Assembly: GCA_037447605.1 (NCBI GenBank)
Contig: CM074815.1
Span: 1,612,001-1,676,000 of the forward strand
Length of the DNA: 64,000 nt
From: Zygnema circumcarinatum SAG 698-1b
Taxonomy: Eukaryota; Plantae; Zygnematophyceae
Direction of reading: 5' to 3'
A program made the position numbers and the translations under genes. Under the pieces are notes generated by a model. That model was not told the DNA's origin and searched no databases. It saw only the letters and a program-made list of their open reading frames with translations. Shown in pieces: positions 35,967 to 49,000 of the stretch (position 1 is its first letter; every line of letters begins with the position of its first letter).

Positions 35967-36985
35967 TTAATTCGGAAACAATCGTTCTAAGTGAACCAAT
36001 TTCATGAAGAAATCATACATATTTGGAAAATCTTCCGAGATCAACGGGGAAATGACCCTCGTTGTGTTCTACCCTCTTTGTGTTCCACCTTCTTAAAGAC
36101 CACTTGTCTATGCCCATGGATGTGGCGGAGCGTAAAAGTCAAAATTGAGTAGATATTTACACAATTGCTCCAAGACTAGGACTTTGGACTTAGCAAGTGC
36201 CTCTAAGGAGCTCAAAGGCTTATCCACAAGATCCCTATGTATCAAACAATGATTGGAGGTTGTAGCTTTCCTACGTAGTGCACACTATCCCACTCGTGAT
36301 GAATCATACAAATGTTTTTCAACAGCAAAGTTACATCTACTCCACTACAATACATTTTGTTTTGAATAGTGTCTTCATTGATGCCAAGAGCGTTGAAGAT
36401 GACCGGTTTGACATTTTTTTGCCGATAGAGTGGCTCCTTATTGCTGCTAAATGCGTGCGTTGCCAAAGCAGCCCCAAGGCTGTGGCCCGATATCACCAAC
36501 TTGATGCCATCACCAACATCAAGTCTTAGAGCATTCTCCATCCATTTTTATAATTTTTTTGTACGCTTTTGAACACTTTCAACCCAACTACATGTCGATT
36601 TATGTTCGCCTTGATGCCTGTCAAAGCAAACTCTGCTTTGGGCTTGGTTTTATGAAACAAAATAATGTCAGCTTTCTAACCTGCTTGCTCGCCTTGTGGA
36701 ACCAAATGGATAGCAAATGTTTTCTATTACATTATTTTTGATGTCGTTGTTGTAAGTATTGAATTTTTTATCCAGATACACTACTGAACAGGCCAATATT
36801 TGCAACGCAACTTCCTCCATTGTCAAAATTTTGGAATTTTTTTTGTTGTAGTAGTCGATGACACAACCCCCAACGCTGCTTGCATGCCCCTTTTCTGCTT
36901 CTTCAAACGATTCTTTGAATTTACGATGTGTTTTTGAAGTAAAGTAACTCAAGTTTACCTTGCCTTCAAATGATAGGTCACCACG
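35967..36985 (-). pseudogene. Truncated, decayed copy of the lipase half of the LRR-lipase gene
   Basis: Collinear with 29406-30560. Retains GHSLGAALA and HEWDSV but has stops/frameshifts and two internal deletions, one removing the DAHT catalytic-His segment. No LRR or N-terminal sequence. Confidence 0.92.
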
Positions 36986-37107
36986 CACTTATGTAAAATA
37001 TGTACTCGAGTCGACAAAATATGTACTCTATGTACTCGAGTTTTGTTGACTGACGGCATCACCTCTCCCTTTTTAGGATCTCATAGAGGCAATTTTCTAT
37101 GCGCACA

Positions 37108-37907
37108 CCTACCTTCTACTAATGACTAATTAACCGAAGCTACTATTATTGATAGAACTAGAAAATCAATACGATTAACCCATTTTCCAGCCATGGCGTT
37201 CAAAGGCATGATGCTCTATCAAATTGTGTCATCGTAACCTTTGTTCGCACTCTCATAATTGAGATTGTCTTTCGAAGACAACCTTATTATCGCTCTCCTT
37301 TGTACTTCCCCTCCCCCTTCCTTGCCTCACCCACTCCCTACCTCTTCCCTCTCCATCCCCAAACTTTTACACGTTCCCTCTCTTTCAAACGCTAACCCAT
37401 GGCTTACGCTTCCTCTTCTTTCCTACCCTAAGCGTTTGCAACCCTCTTTCCCTAAACTGCATAGTAGACCAAGTCTCACGCTTTCATTTTGTCTTTGGAG
37501 AATCTCCGTGCCATTTCTCCCTTTCCTACTCCTTTCCTTCTCTTGCCTCCCCTCTTCCTTCCCCTCCCTCGAGCTCTCCTCTCTCCCCCACTCCTTTCTC
37601 CCACCCCTCTCTCACTTTCTCCAACTCTATCTCTCTCTCTCTCTCTCTCTTGCTCTGGAGATCCTGAGCAGGCGAGCGACAATGGGGCCAAGTGGCCGAC
37701 ATTCTTTCACGATTTTTAGCAGAAAACTTTGGCAGTGAGCGGAATGGGTGGTGAGCTGTAGGGAAGAGAGGAGGGAGGGAGTGAGAGAGCTCGGCGATGC
37801 GAAGAGGTCTTCCCTTTGAGGGCCCCCACTTGGGCACGTACAGAGTGAAGGTGAAAGGGGTTGTGCACGAGGAGTTCTTCGTTGACCTTCGGGACTGCTT
37901 CGAGGGA
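37108..37907. repeat. Copy 3 of the duplicated unit, inverted (right arm of the inverted repeat)
   Basis: Its reverse complement aligns to 35080-35928 along the whole length, including the segment absent from copy 1. Confidence 0.9.
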
Positions 37908-40576
37908 CAAGTGCCCGCCGGCCACGTCCACGGAAAGTTTTTCTTGCCCGGACCGTTGCCCGGGACGGCACTAGCCTGCCCTTGGCACGAAAGAAAAAAA
38001 GGGGGGACCATGAAAGGGCACACGCCTCGATTGTAGGGATCCAACGTGGCGCCTACGTGGCGTCGATGAATATTCACGAAAACGATTTATGGGAGGCCGC
38101 CACGTGACTAAAGGCTTGTGCGCCTAGACCAAAGGTCCTTTGCAAGCGACGTATCATTGGTTCCCGGGATTCGCTAAAAAAAAGGTTTTCAGCGGAGAGG
38201 TACGAACTGAGTCAAACTGAGCGCGGGCCGAACTTGACTCGCCTTAGGGAAAGGATGCCGCCGGGCAGAAGAAAGCGGGCACTAAAATTTTATTTTGGTC
38301 TGCCCGCCTACAAAAGAGGACCAGCATCGCGAGTGGTTCGCGCGTGCGAGTTCCCGCCAGATTCTCTGCCTACGCGGCCGCCTTCGTCCCCCTCCACGCC
38401 GCCGCCATCGTCAACCTCTCTCCCTCCCTCCCCCGTCCCTCTCGTATATAGGCAGGGCTCTCTCTCCTAACCATGGCGTCTTTGACGTATGGGTAAAGGG
38501 TCGGAAGGAGGTGGAGCCATGGCGCTGCAGCCTTGGGAGGTGGACGCATGGAGAAAGAGAGGTAGGATGGAGGCCACAGAGGCGTTTCCTCCCTCGGAAG
38601 GAAGTTCATTTCAAGTTTATTTTCTGGGTTCAAATCCGGGAGCGGCACGGCGAAGGTTTCGGATTTGAAGTAGTTCCTGGAGCCGGAGCCTCATCGGCGG
38701 AGGAGAATTCGGGCAGGAGAATTTTTTGGAAGGCATTTTTTGCCCGGGGGGAGGGGGTGGAGGAGGAGGAGTGCGGCACAGCATGGGGGAGGGGCGGGGA
38801 GGAAGGGGGTGGTGGACACGTGGAAGGCGGAGACAGCAGGGAGAGGGAGGTCCGGCTGGCGGTCGGCATTGTACGGAGAGAGGAGGGCGAGGGTTCAGGA
38901 GCGAGGGGTTCTGGGGCTCGAAACTGCAGCTACTAGTGGGTTTAATGGAATGGATGGTTTTGTGGAGAAGCAGGGAAGCAGGGCTATATATAACCACCAG
39001 GCAGGGATGGGGTACAATGCGGAATGGGTTGTTGGTTCAGCTGTTGGCTCAGTTGATAATTTGATGACAATTGAAGAAAGTCAATGGAAACGTTGACTGG
39101 CGAGCCAGTACCGCACAGCTGCTGCTTAGTTCCATGACATTCTTGTCCCATCCTTCAACGCAGCACCCGTTCAGTTACACATATAGCGCACAGTTGTCCG
39201 GAACCGACTAGGACCAAAACCATTTTCAAATCAGCATCCACCAACAATCATCCGCCACGTGTTCCAAGTTGACACGTGGAACATCCTCATTGAGGGATGC
39301 TTGGCCGCTGCCAAAAAAGTCCCCTCCATTTAAAGGTGGCCCTCCGCCGCCATTTCGTGCAGCCTGCTTCCCTCCCCTTGGGAATTCCCGCCAACCCCAA
39401 GGGAATGTCGCCGCATGCGAACTTCAGAACAATGTCGTACTCGCCACATCAGTGCCTGTGCGAATGTCATGCCACCAGCCAACAATTTGACGTAGAATGT
39501 ATTGTTGGGTTGCTTGGAAGACTCATGCTCTCGCTCTACCTCACAACGTCTGTAAGACCTGTCGGTGACACGTACAACTACATGGGGCTGTATAGTAACA
39601 TGAAATTCATGAAAGGACAATGCACGATGAATTGCGAGTCTTTGATGCATGTCAATCGTGGGGTGCCATATCGAATACCATGGTGCGCTTCTGGAAGGCT
39701 TTAGGCGCCTTTCTACACAGCCAGAGAGATATATATGGAGAGGGAGAGGGTGGGAGGGAGAGAGAGAGATAGAGAGGAGAGAGAGGGGAGGGGTGAGAGA
39801 GAGAGAGAGAACACCACCACAACTGAAAAAAAAAAAAGTTCGAAGTCGTCTTAATTCCCATGCAACTTCAATCAAGCCAATGACACGACTCCAATCGAGC
39901 AGCACATGAAGGTCCCCCTCCCTATGTCACATGCATCACAGGCTCGCGGTAGGTCACTGGTGGTCTCATGGCTGCGATGTCAGTCATGGAAATGCTTCAT
40001 GCTCTATACAACAATCCCTTGCTTTAGTACACACATGTACATGGATGGCTAGTGCATGGATTGCTTCTAGTGGGGCCACCGTACGGCGGTCCATTCCAAG
40101 CTGCCTTGTTGCGTGATCTTCACGTCCTCCACGTGGCACACCCTGATTGGACCGTCGCCGCCCCTGTGCCCCGTCAGCCCCGCGCTCCAGCTGGCGCTGA
40201 CGCGGCTCCCGCGCCGTCCATTTCACCCCTCGCTCGTGCGACGTGCAAACCGTACGGCACTGAAAATGAAGGATCCTGTACAAGCTGAAGGTTCTATGTC
40301 AACCTGTAGAACTGTGAAAAGATCAAGAGATATTCCGTGTGTGAGATATTCCCGTCTTGGAGAGCTCTGATTGGCCCCTATACATGGAATGTCGTAGTTT
40401 CTAACGGTTCCTTATTGGGCAGTTAAGCGTCGTACTATATGTATGGTTGAATGGTGTTTGGAACAAATGTGTACGGCCGTACACCGTCCGACCTCCAGTC
40501 TATAGGAGGCGGCCCAGCTGCAGCGGAGAGGCGGGAGGGAGCGGGAGAGGGAGCAGAAAGCAGGGAGAGGGCAGCC

Positions 40577-41946
40577 ATGGCGGAGGCAGAGACGAAGCAG
40601 GCGGAGGCAGAGACGAAGCAGGTTGAGGTGGAGGCGGTGGAGGCGGGGCGGCGCGTGGTGGTGACTATCGACGAGAGCGAGGAGAGTCTGCGCGCGCTCG
40701 AGTGGGCGCTGCCGAACATCGTGCGCGCCGGCGACAAGGTGCACATTCTGCACGCGCAGCCGCCGGCCAAGCTCTATGGAGGACCTGTGGGCCCCGGTAA
40801 GCCCTCATCTCGACTTGGTGTTCGGGGACTGCTGGAAGCCTTACGCGGCTGTTGGTTTGGGTAGTTGGGGAGCTTCTAGGCTCGTTTTGTTCGCGCTGTG
40901 TTTGAGTGTATTGTTTGGCTTTTGGAGTTTGTCAGGAAGGTATGCGGGTCTGGAGTCGGCGTTTGAAGATGTGATAGGCATTCAGTATGGGAATTTGCGA
41001 TTGCGCGCTTTCCTTTTAGCTGAATTTGCTGTGGTTCTTGTTCATAGTTCGTATTCTGGTAACTGGGTAGCCTTTAGGCGAACTTCCTCGTTTATAGCTG
41101 GATTTACTTCCGAGAAAGATCTCAGATACAATCCTTTCTCGGCTGGATTGTGAGGCATGTGTGGCCATGGTGGGCTGTGGATTGACACGGCTCCTGCTTT
41201 TTGTGGGGAAAGCTCATTACATGGGAGCAGCTGCCATGTACGTTCCTCCGGAGTACATGGAAACGATGAAGAAGTATGAGGAGGAAAAGAGCAAAGCTCT
41301 TCTGAGGACTGCCAAAGACAAGTGCAAGGAATATCATGTGAGGCTCTTAAAATCATGCAGCTATTTCCTCAATTGTTTATCACGTTAGCTCACGATACGA
41401 TAATCTATTAAAACCGTGGTCAATAAGTTGCGATTGCGGAGCTTCTTTCAATCTCCTCGACTGCCCTTAAAATTCGCCTTTGTTTTTCGAGTTAAAGTGG
41501 GACTTCGGAGTGAACCAAATCCAGTCCTTGCAGCATCACTCACTCAAGCAGAAGCTGCGATGCAGGTGAATGCTGAAGGGGATGTGATTGTCGGAGAACC
41601 GCGAGAGGCTATTTGCGCTGCAGTGGAACAGCTGAAAGCAGACCTTCTTATCATGGGCAGTCATGGTTATGGCGCAGTCAAAAGGTATCATACGAACTTA
41701 AGCTCGGGAAATAAATGACTTGTCCTTCCCTTCAAAGTCATGCAACACTAACACCAGCGGATATATGAAGGACTTTGAGCCCCTGCGAGAGAGTTATTTG
41801 ATGCATGTTATCTGTTTTGAGGTCCGTAAGAATGTTAAGCAGTTCATGCCTTGGCTTGGTGCTGCAGAGCTCTTTTGGGGAGCGTATCGGATTACTGTGT
41901 CCATCACGCGAAGTGCCCTGTGGTAGTTGTCCGCGGTGAAAAATAA
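40577..41946 (+). CDS. Universal stress protein (USP/UspA domain). Exons 40577-40796, 41213-41337, 41566-41684, 41868-41946
   Basis: RRVVVTIDESEESLRALEWAL...VHILHAQP; GDVIVGEPREAICAAVEQLKADLLIMGSHGYGAVKR|ALLGSVSDYCVHHAKCPVVVVR. GT-AG introns with consistent phase; 21-bp duplication (AEAETKQ x2) in exon 1. Confidence 0.95.
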
Positions 41947-43931
41947 AGGAGAGGTCAGTGGACGGCTTCTTACAATTCTTTCCGCTGTCCATTGGAGAAT
42001 TTTTTGCTCGAGAGCAGAACTGCTGCCTCACATGATAGCATAGTCGCGATAGTCATCTTTGCCATTTGTTGGCGAAAGGTACAAACACATTTTCTGCATT
42101 GTTCAGCTTTGTAGTAGGGTTGTTGATAGCAGCTAGCCGCAATTACTCTTTTGTAGCGCCAAACGCTTTAGTAGTATTTCTACTTCACCTCTGCTATAAC
42201 TACGAAAAGGACCGTGCTATGTTGAAATTGTACATTCCTCTTCTTGCGTAGTGAAATTCAGATGTCTTTCAGATCCTTCGCGCTGTGATTCTTTCCAACA
42301 TCTGACTTCTGCCTCTAAATTGCGCACTATGGATGTGCGCCTAAAATGTATAAAAAAGTGTCCAGTAGTGTAATTATCTTATTTCGAAGGTCTGCTTTCA
42401 ATTCCTCTCTGTTTTATGAACGCATACGGATTATTAAGAGACAAAATGAGGTTTGCATGTGGATGTTCCAAAGTGTGAACCCTGAAGAGCTTTCCCTTGG
42501 AGAAACGGAGAAGAGGAGAAAACTCGCACAGGGATAACTAATGGTGCAGCATGAGAAATTTCCAGCTTGCATGGCAGATCATCAACATCTTCATGATTAC
42601 ATGCAAGGGAACTTCTCATAATTCTTTCTATATCCCCTCAACAAGGAAAATCCACCTCCATTCTGTGACACTCTGCTCCCAGCTCTGGCATTTTCTACCA
42701 CTGCAATTCCTTCAATGTTTGATGAAGCTTGCAAACTCCTCCGGCACGTGTGACATCTAACGGTCAAGGGTTTTCTCCAGCACGCATCGCAACGTTCAGG
42801 ACATAGGGGATAAACTGGACACAATCTATTTTCCACCAGGAGTTCCAGGGAGAGGATGCGCAGTATAAGGAGGGGAGGCGCGCAGAGGTGGGCACAGCGC
42901 CAGCGGAGACGATCACTTCAGCCCACACTTAGAAAAGGTTCACACTTGGTGGTCAGAATCAGTAAATGCTTTCCACTGATGTAAATAGTAACAGCAACAT
43001 CAAAAATACTTTTTTCAAAACGAACTCCATAGCAAAAGCCACTCGGTGAAAAATCTATCAATGCCACTAAGTTCTCCACAACGGTTCCTCAACGTCACAG
43101 ACAGCGCAGTGAGCAGCGGTGCCCCCCGGTGGCTTTTCTCCATTGTCAACTAAACTCGAGAATCTTACAATGGCCATTCGCCAGGCATAGGTTCGTCTAC
43201 ACGTGTTTAGTTGACCTTGCAGTTGAGAAGGAATGTGTACTGGACACATCCAAATCATCACTACCGCTTCTAGTATCGTACTCGGCCGCCTATTTGACGG
43301 AACAGGTCACGAAATATTCCATGTCGTATTGACTCAGATGGGCCGTTATCTTAACCTGCACATGCTCCCACGATTTCTCAACAAGCATAAGCTTCTTGAA
43401 AAGAACAATCGACCGATCAAACAGACCCCAAACCCTGTTCCATCTTCCATCTTCTTCTTCCATCTTCCAGTCGCGTGCATAAACATGTCCATCACTCCCA
43501 CCTTTCTTGTTTCGCTCACAATAGAGCTGACTCTGTTGCAAACAGCCCAAGGAATTTGAAAGCAGCCATGCAAAGCAGCAACACGCCTCCTAATCCCTAT
43601 CCCTCTACAGCCTCATGAATGCAGGCTTATTCCACGTCCACTCAGTTGCCGTCAGGAAAAAATTAGAGTGTATTTTGTATTCGTCCACGGGGAAGTCACG
43701 AAAAGCTTTCATCATGCGGCAACTAGTGAGAAAAACTTCAAGTCAGCTTCTGCAGAGGAGCACTCACAAAGCACTTATCGGGCCTGACATCCGTCGCAAT
43801 CACTGACAGTCAAAACAGTCATTGCAAAAAAAAAAAAAACCGACACACTCACGCATCTCTAGTCTCAACAACACCTCCACCCGCAGCAACTCTCATGACA
43901 TGAACAAACACACACACACACACACACACAC

Positions 43932-44160
43932 GACACATGTCCATCAGCATTAGCATGGTAAGTAAGCCTCATGTTCCCGAAGGAATCGGTTGGAGCTCGT
44001 TGTTTGTCATCATTGGACATGTTCACATCTGTGACGAAAATTACAACCCTTAAAAAACATGAGTGACATATCTCCGTCAGAATTAGCATGGTGTGTGAGC
44101 TTCATATCCCAAAAGGAATCGCTTGAAGATCATAGTTTGTCATCATTGGATATGCTCACA
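43932..44160. repeat. Diverged tandem duplication of a ~100-bp unit (period ~134 bp)
   Basis: 43932-44030 vs 44066-44160 share tcag-attagcatggt, aggaatcg and gtttgtcatcattgga-atg-tcaca. Confidence 0.8.
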
Positions 44161-46010
44161 GGAACGAACCAGTCATACTGACACGCCTCAATACAGGTGA
44201 TGCCAGGCACGCAGAAAGTAGTTTTATCTACGTTGCTCATATGATGTGAGAATCATCCCATAATTGCCAGATGGGTTTTTCCGAGCCACCCAGAATTGGA
44301 CTGTGATTGTGCAGCTTTCAAAGGGACATGCAAGACATAGCCAAGCGCTCAGTTGAAGAAGAAGTCGTTTTTTCTGCTGTGCTCACACGATGCAAAGACC
44401 ATCGCATACGCCATTTGGCATCTCTTCATAGCGCTCTTCTCTATCTTAAGACTTTCCCGGATGGTGCGAACACCCTTAACCAGTTCAACAAAGAGTCAGC
44501 GCCGAAGCCAAGAAGTGAATCGAAAAACATCACATACATCATGCGGTACACCTTTATTGAACTTTCCGCAACAGCCCTAAAACAGTCTCTTCAATGTAAG
44601 ATAAACAAAAAGCATCAGCAGATACCCAGCAGAACTAGGTCGAGTTGTCAGAAGACGTGCTTATTTATGGCATAAGGAGATTTTCCCAAATTCATCATAT
44701 TTCAAAATGCTGTGCACCCACCCTGAAGTAATAAAGCATCAAAGGGAAAACTGCAGAATCGCTCAGTTCAGAACTCAGAAAACACGTTCAGCAGAACAAT
44801 GTCCTCCATGTCATGCTTCAACAAGGAACAACAATGGTTGGTGCAATTGGAATATTGGAAGCACTACAATAACGTAGGCAATTTTCAAGACGTCCATTAC
44901 TGAACCAACGCTGGATTGACTGACGAGCGAAACAAACTAACATACCAAACAAGCTCAGACTGTCCCCCATAACCATCATAACCATCATCTGCTGACTGAA
45001 CACATTAAGTGCCGACAACAAGAAGAAGAGTGAGAAAACAAAAAGGAGGGTTCGTGAACGTGTACATTACCTCACTTTTCCAGCAGATGGCGAATCTGCA
45101 CGAGCTCTGCTGAGATGTAAGCCGAGCCGCACATGGCTGCATGAACGGCTCTTGTCTCACTGGGGCGGAGTATCAGTTCTGTGTGGCAGCCAAAGCTGAG
45201 GCTTAATGACCGCATCCCGCCCGCCAAGTGTTTAACTCTCGCCTTGTGCAGCACGAAACAATGGGCTGTGTATTTCTGCAACACACATCGTCACAGCCAT
45301 GCATCGCAATTGCACTTGTTAGTGCGAATCCAGTTCACGCCGCCTATTCTTCTCTGAACAAGCTTCCTGACAACGGAATACGAAAGGTCCAGAAGCGAAG
45401 TGGAGTACATGCATCTTCGAACAGATAACAAAAGAAGCCTTTGTAATCTAAAATGTCCTTTCATGTGGTGGAGTAAAAAAATATTGCAAAGCATAGCTGC
45501 CTGCAAGGAAGCATCTGTTGGGCACCACAAGGAATGAAGTACAATTCGTGGAGTACAGTTCGTGAATCGCTAGTGACTAGCGGCGTTTAAAAACTAAAAG
45601 TGTGGTGAGTGAATAAGATGCGATGTTAAATGAATCCTACAGCATGACTGGATAGAGAAAATAGGAACATTAAATGACAGACAGGTAATTTTTTTTTAAG
45701 AAAGGGGCATCCTGCTAATGCTCCCCTTTAAAGATGTTTGAGCATGATGCGACTGTAATCATAAGTCGTGACAACTCCAACCGACCCAAATCTGAATACT
45801 CTCATTTATCTATCGGTCCATCATCAAGTTGTTTCTTTCACAGCATTCCAGGCTACATAAGTCTGCATCAATAATTCAAAGAACTTTCATGGCTAATTGA
45901 CCACTATCGCTGGGCCTCACCTTCACCATTTGCAACACATTCAAATGTGCATGTCGATGACGTAGTGACATTGCGAGTTTGCAGGAAGCAAGCTTCTCCA
46001 CATAAGGACA

Positions 46011-49000
46011 TCAGCCTCGATTCTCATTGGCGAGTTCGAGTCTCAACCGTTGCAGATCGGTCACAGTGGACTCATCCAGACGATGCTCGAGCAGCTTCCC
46101 CTTGAAGGAGTATTTACTGTAAAACCACACGTAAAGGAAAGCCACAGAATGATCAGAATCACCATTGACAAAAAACCCAGGAGGGCTTTTGTATGGCACC
46201 ATGATCTCCCTATCTGTCAAGCTGAAGGAGGTCAAAGAAACAAAAAAGTATGCTCTGTTGAGAACAAGGAAGATGAGAAGTCATCGCAAGCAAGAAGGTG
46301 CTCTGCAGAATGAGAGGCACTATGTCATGTGCAAGCCTCATGGGTGAAACTCACTCCTTTTGAAGTTTCTCCAGATCCTCTTCCAATTCCTTCTTTGCAC
46401 TCTTAATCTGCAAGCGCGTGTTTCAAAACAAATCTGAGATGCTGATGGAATTCCTCTTGTGATCACCAGTACCATATAGATAACTCGCCTCGCCTCACTT
46501 TCTCAGTCCAAATAAATGCACATAACCAAACAAGTCATGTGCAGACATAGATATTTTTCCAACTACTTGTGATACGCCGCATTCGACACGTGTTTCAAAA
46601 AGAACAGGACGAAGCAATAGGAGTGCGAACGAACCTCACTGACAAGATAGCCGGCACTCCACACTATGGCTCCCTGCATAAACCCAAAGGAAGTTTCGAG
46701 ACAATTCAGTGCAAAATAGAAAGGCAAACTGCTCTAACTTCAAAAGCTCCTTAACGTAGACAAAAAAGAGGGTGCAATCCCGCAAGCTGACCTTGCCCCA
46801 ACAATAGTCGCCCTCTGAGCGATCTGAAGTTGCAACCCAAACGCGGGGACAGCCCTTCGCCTTAAGTACTCCCACCTGCATTCATACACTCTGCACTGCA
46901 TTGGTTTCAAATCACAACTCCAGCTCTGGCTGCTACAAACATTGCAATTTTGTCATGAAACCATTCTCCTCTACTCCTGCCATACATTTATCAAGTAACC
47001 GATGACAAAGCAACTATACGATAGAAGAGCGAAGAACTGTAAGAGGTTATCGTGAAACCAGCTTCGATGTGTAGATAGCGAACAATAAACACTGGATAAT
47101 CATGAGCGGCAAAGGAGGCAGTACAAATCATAATGAAATAATTTTGTGACACAAACCTAATAGAAAAAGCATAACTTTAATTGCACCGTCACATTGACCG
47201 GATTCTATCCTGTTGAAGTCCCTTAGCGCATGAACAGAACCTTAAAGGGACTGCTGGAGTGAACTTTTCCTTCTTCCTTACTTTCAGTGAAGATTCTACT
47301 GGAATAGTCTAGCATATGGTCTGGAGTTGCGATGCCTTCCTACTAGAATAAGTAGCAAGCAAACGTCTTGACTAGTCTCACGTTCTCAGAGCTATTTAGT
47401 CTAGCAACACCCAGTCCATAAACGTGCATATGCACATACGACTCAGTTGAGAGACATTACAGTTTGTCACCGTAAATTTTAGAGCGCAAAGAGAACATGA
47501 GCTAGTTATGCCTAAGAAGGCCTATACCTCTCGTAAAGCACATAAGGATAGACTGAAAGAAGCTCATTGAATTCCTCAGACTTTCTCGCTAAATCTTCCA
47601 AACTTTATTCTTGAATCTAAATATTCTCTCCGTGTGATTGACTATAATGATCAATTGTGGCTTTGTTGACAATTTACAATAGCGACTCCGGTGGCTCAGC
47701 CTCCTCTGGCATCACCAAGCGAAACATAACAATCAGTTGTCATACAACCATGAACAAGTGACGAGGTTGCAGGTCAAAAAACGTACCTCCTTCTCAATCC
47801 AGGCATCGGCTTCACTTGCTGTAAACACAACCTCAACACTGCTCCGACGCCCATCAGAAAACAATTCAGTACCCCAGTAAGCAACAAAAGAAAGAGAATA
47901 AAAGAAAGAAAAGAGAAAAGAAAAGAAAAGAGAAAAGAAAAGAAAGGAGAAAGTAAAGAAAAGAAAGGAAAAGAGAGAAGAAACGAAAGAAAAGAAAAGA
48001 AAAGAAGAGAGATCACAATTGGAACCCAGCAAGAGGATACGCGTGAACACAACAAGGCACACTGAGAAGAAAGCCTATTAGCTTTGCTGGGTAGGTAAGA
48101 AGCGAAAGCATGCACCTCACCCCTGAAATTCCTCCTTAGAGGTTAGTCTTCCAGTGTGCAGTGCGTCAAATGCAGCTACCACCTTCATTCCTGTAACAGA
48201 ACAGCAAACACATCTGAATATTGCACACCATTGCGAAAACTTGAAAGACATTGCCGAAAAAAGTTACTTGAAATGACAAGACGTTACTTAAACCCCTTCG
48301 CTCATTCGCTAGTGTCTGATCAGAGCAACTGGTGGAGCTAGTTATTCTGAAGACATACCGCGCAGAGACCCATACATTGCAAGGTCAATCAGAAGGCGCA
48401 TTCGCGCAGTATCAAGATCACCCTTAGCAAAATAACGTTTCAGCCTTGGCCAATATCCACAAATATTGTAACCATCTACCAGCAGCACAGGTTCACCTTG
48501 TCCAGCTTCAAATCCTACATCCCTGTCCCCCGAACTGCAAGCCCAACCTGAAAGTCAGCTTCAAAGTTGCGGAAATCATAGCAAACGTTCATATCGTACG
48601 TATATGCATTTCTGCTATGCATAGTTTCAGTCCAAATGGAACCGCAAGCTTTTGTGTGTATGATTTTTCAGCGTAGCGACCAGGAGCCTTGTCCGCTGCA
48701 CAAAGTGTATAGACAGGCATAAGAGATGTACTTCCGATTTTGACCAGAAAATTTGAGCGTACAGCTATACTAGGACACTGCTTACATGTATGAGTCTAAC
48801 GGCAACATGTTCGCTAGATCATTTGCTTTGGTTTTATCTGGCTTCTTCTTCCGATAACTTGTTGCCTGAACGGGAGTACTTTTAGACTCCAGTTCCTGCA
48901 CCAACAAACAGGAAGGATACCGCTCTTTGAGAATCACTGTTCATCAATCATCTAGCACACTGAGTGTCTGCAATGCATAAAAAACCAGCCAGAAACGACT

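Noticed and set aside
35080-37907. Pack-MULE with TIRs
   Set aside because: No target-site duplication; the left arm homology continues beyond the IR boundary as gene-flank sequence. Kept as an inverted duplication instead.
38626-38645. tRNA/SINE (GGTTCAAATCC B-box)
   Set aside because: No A-box or cloverleaf upstream, and the T-stem is imperfect.
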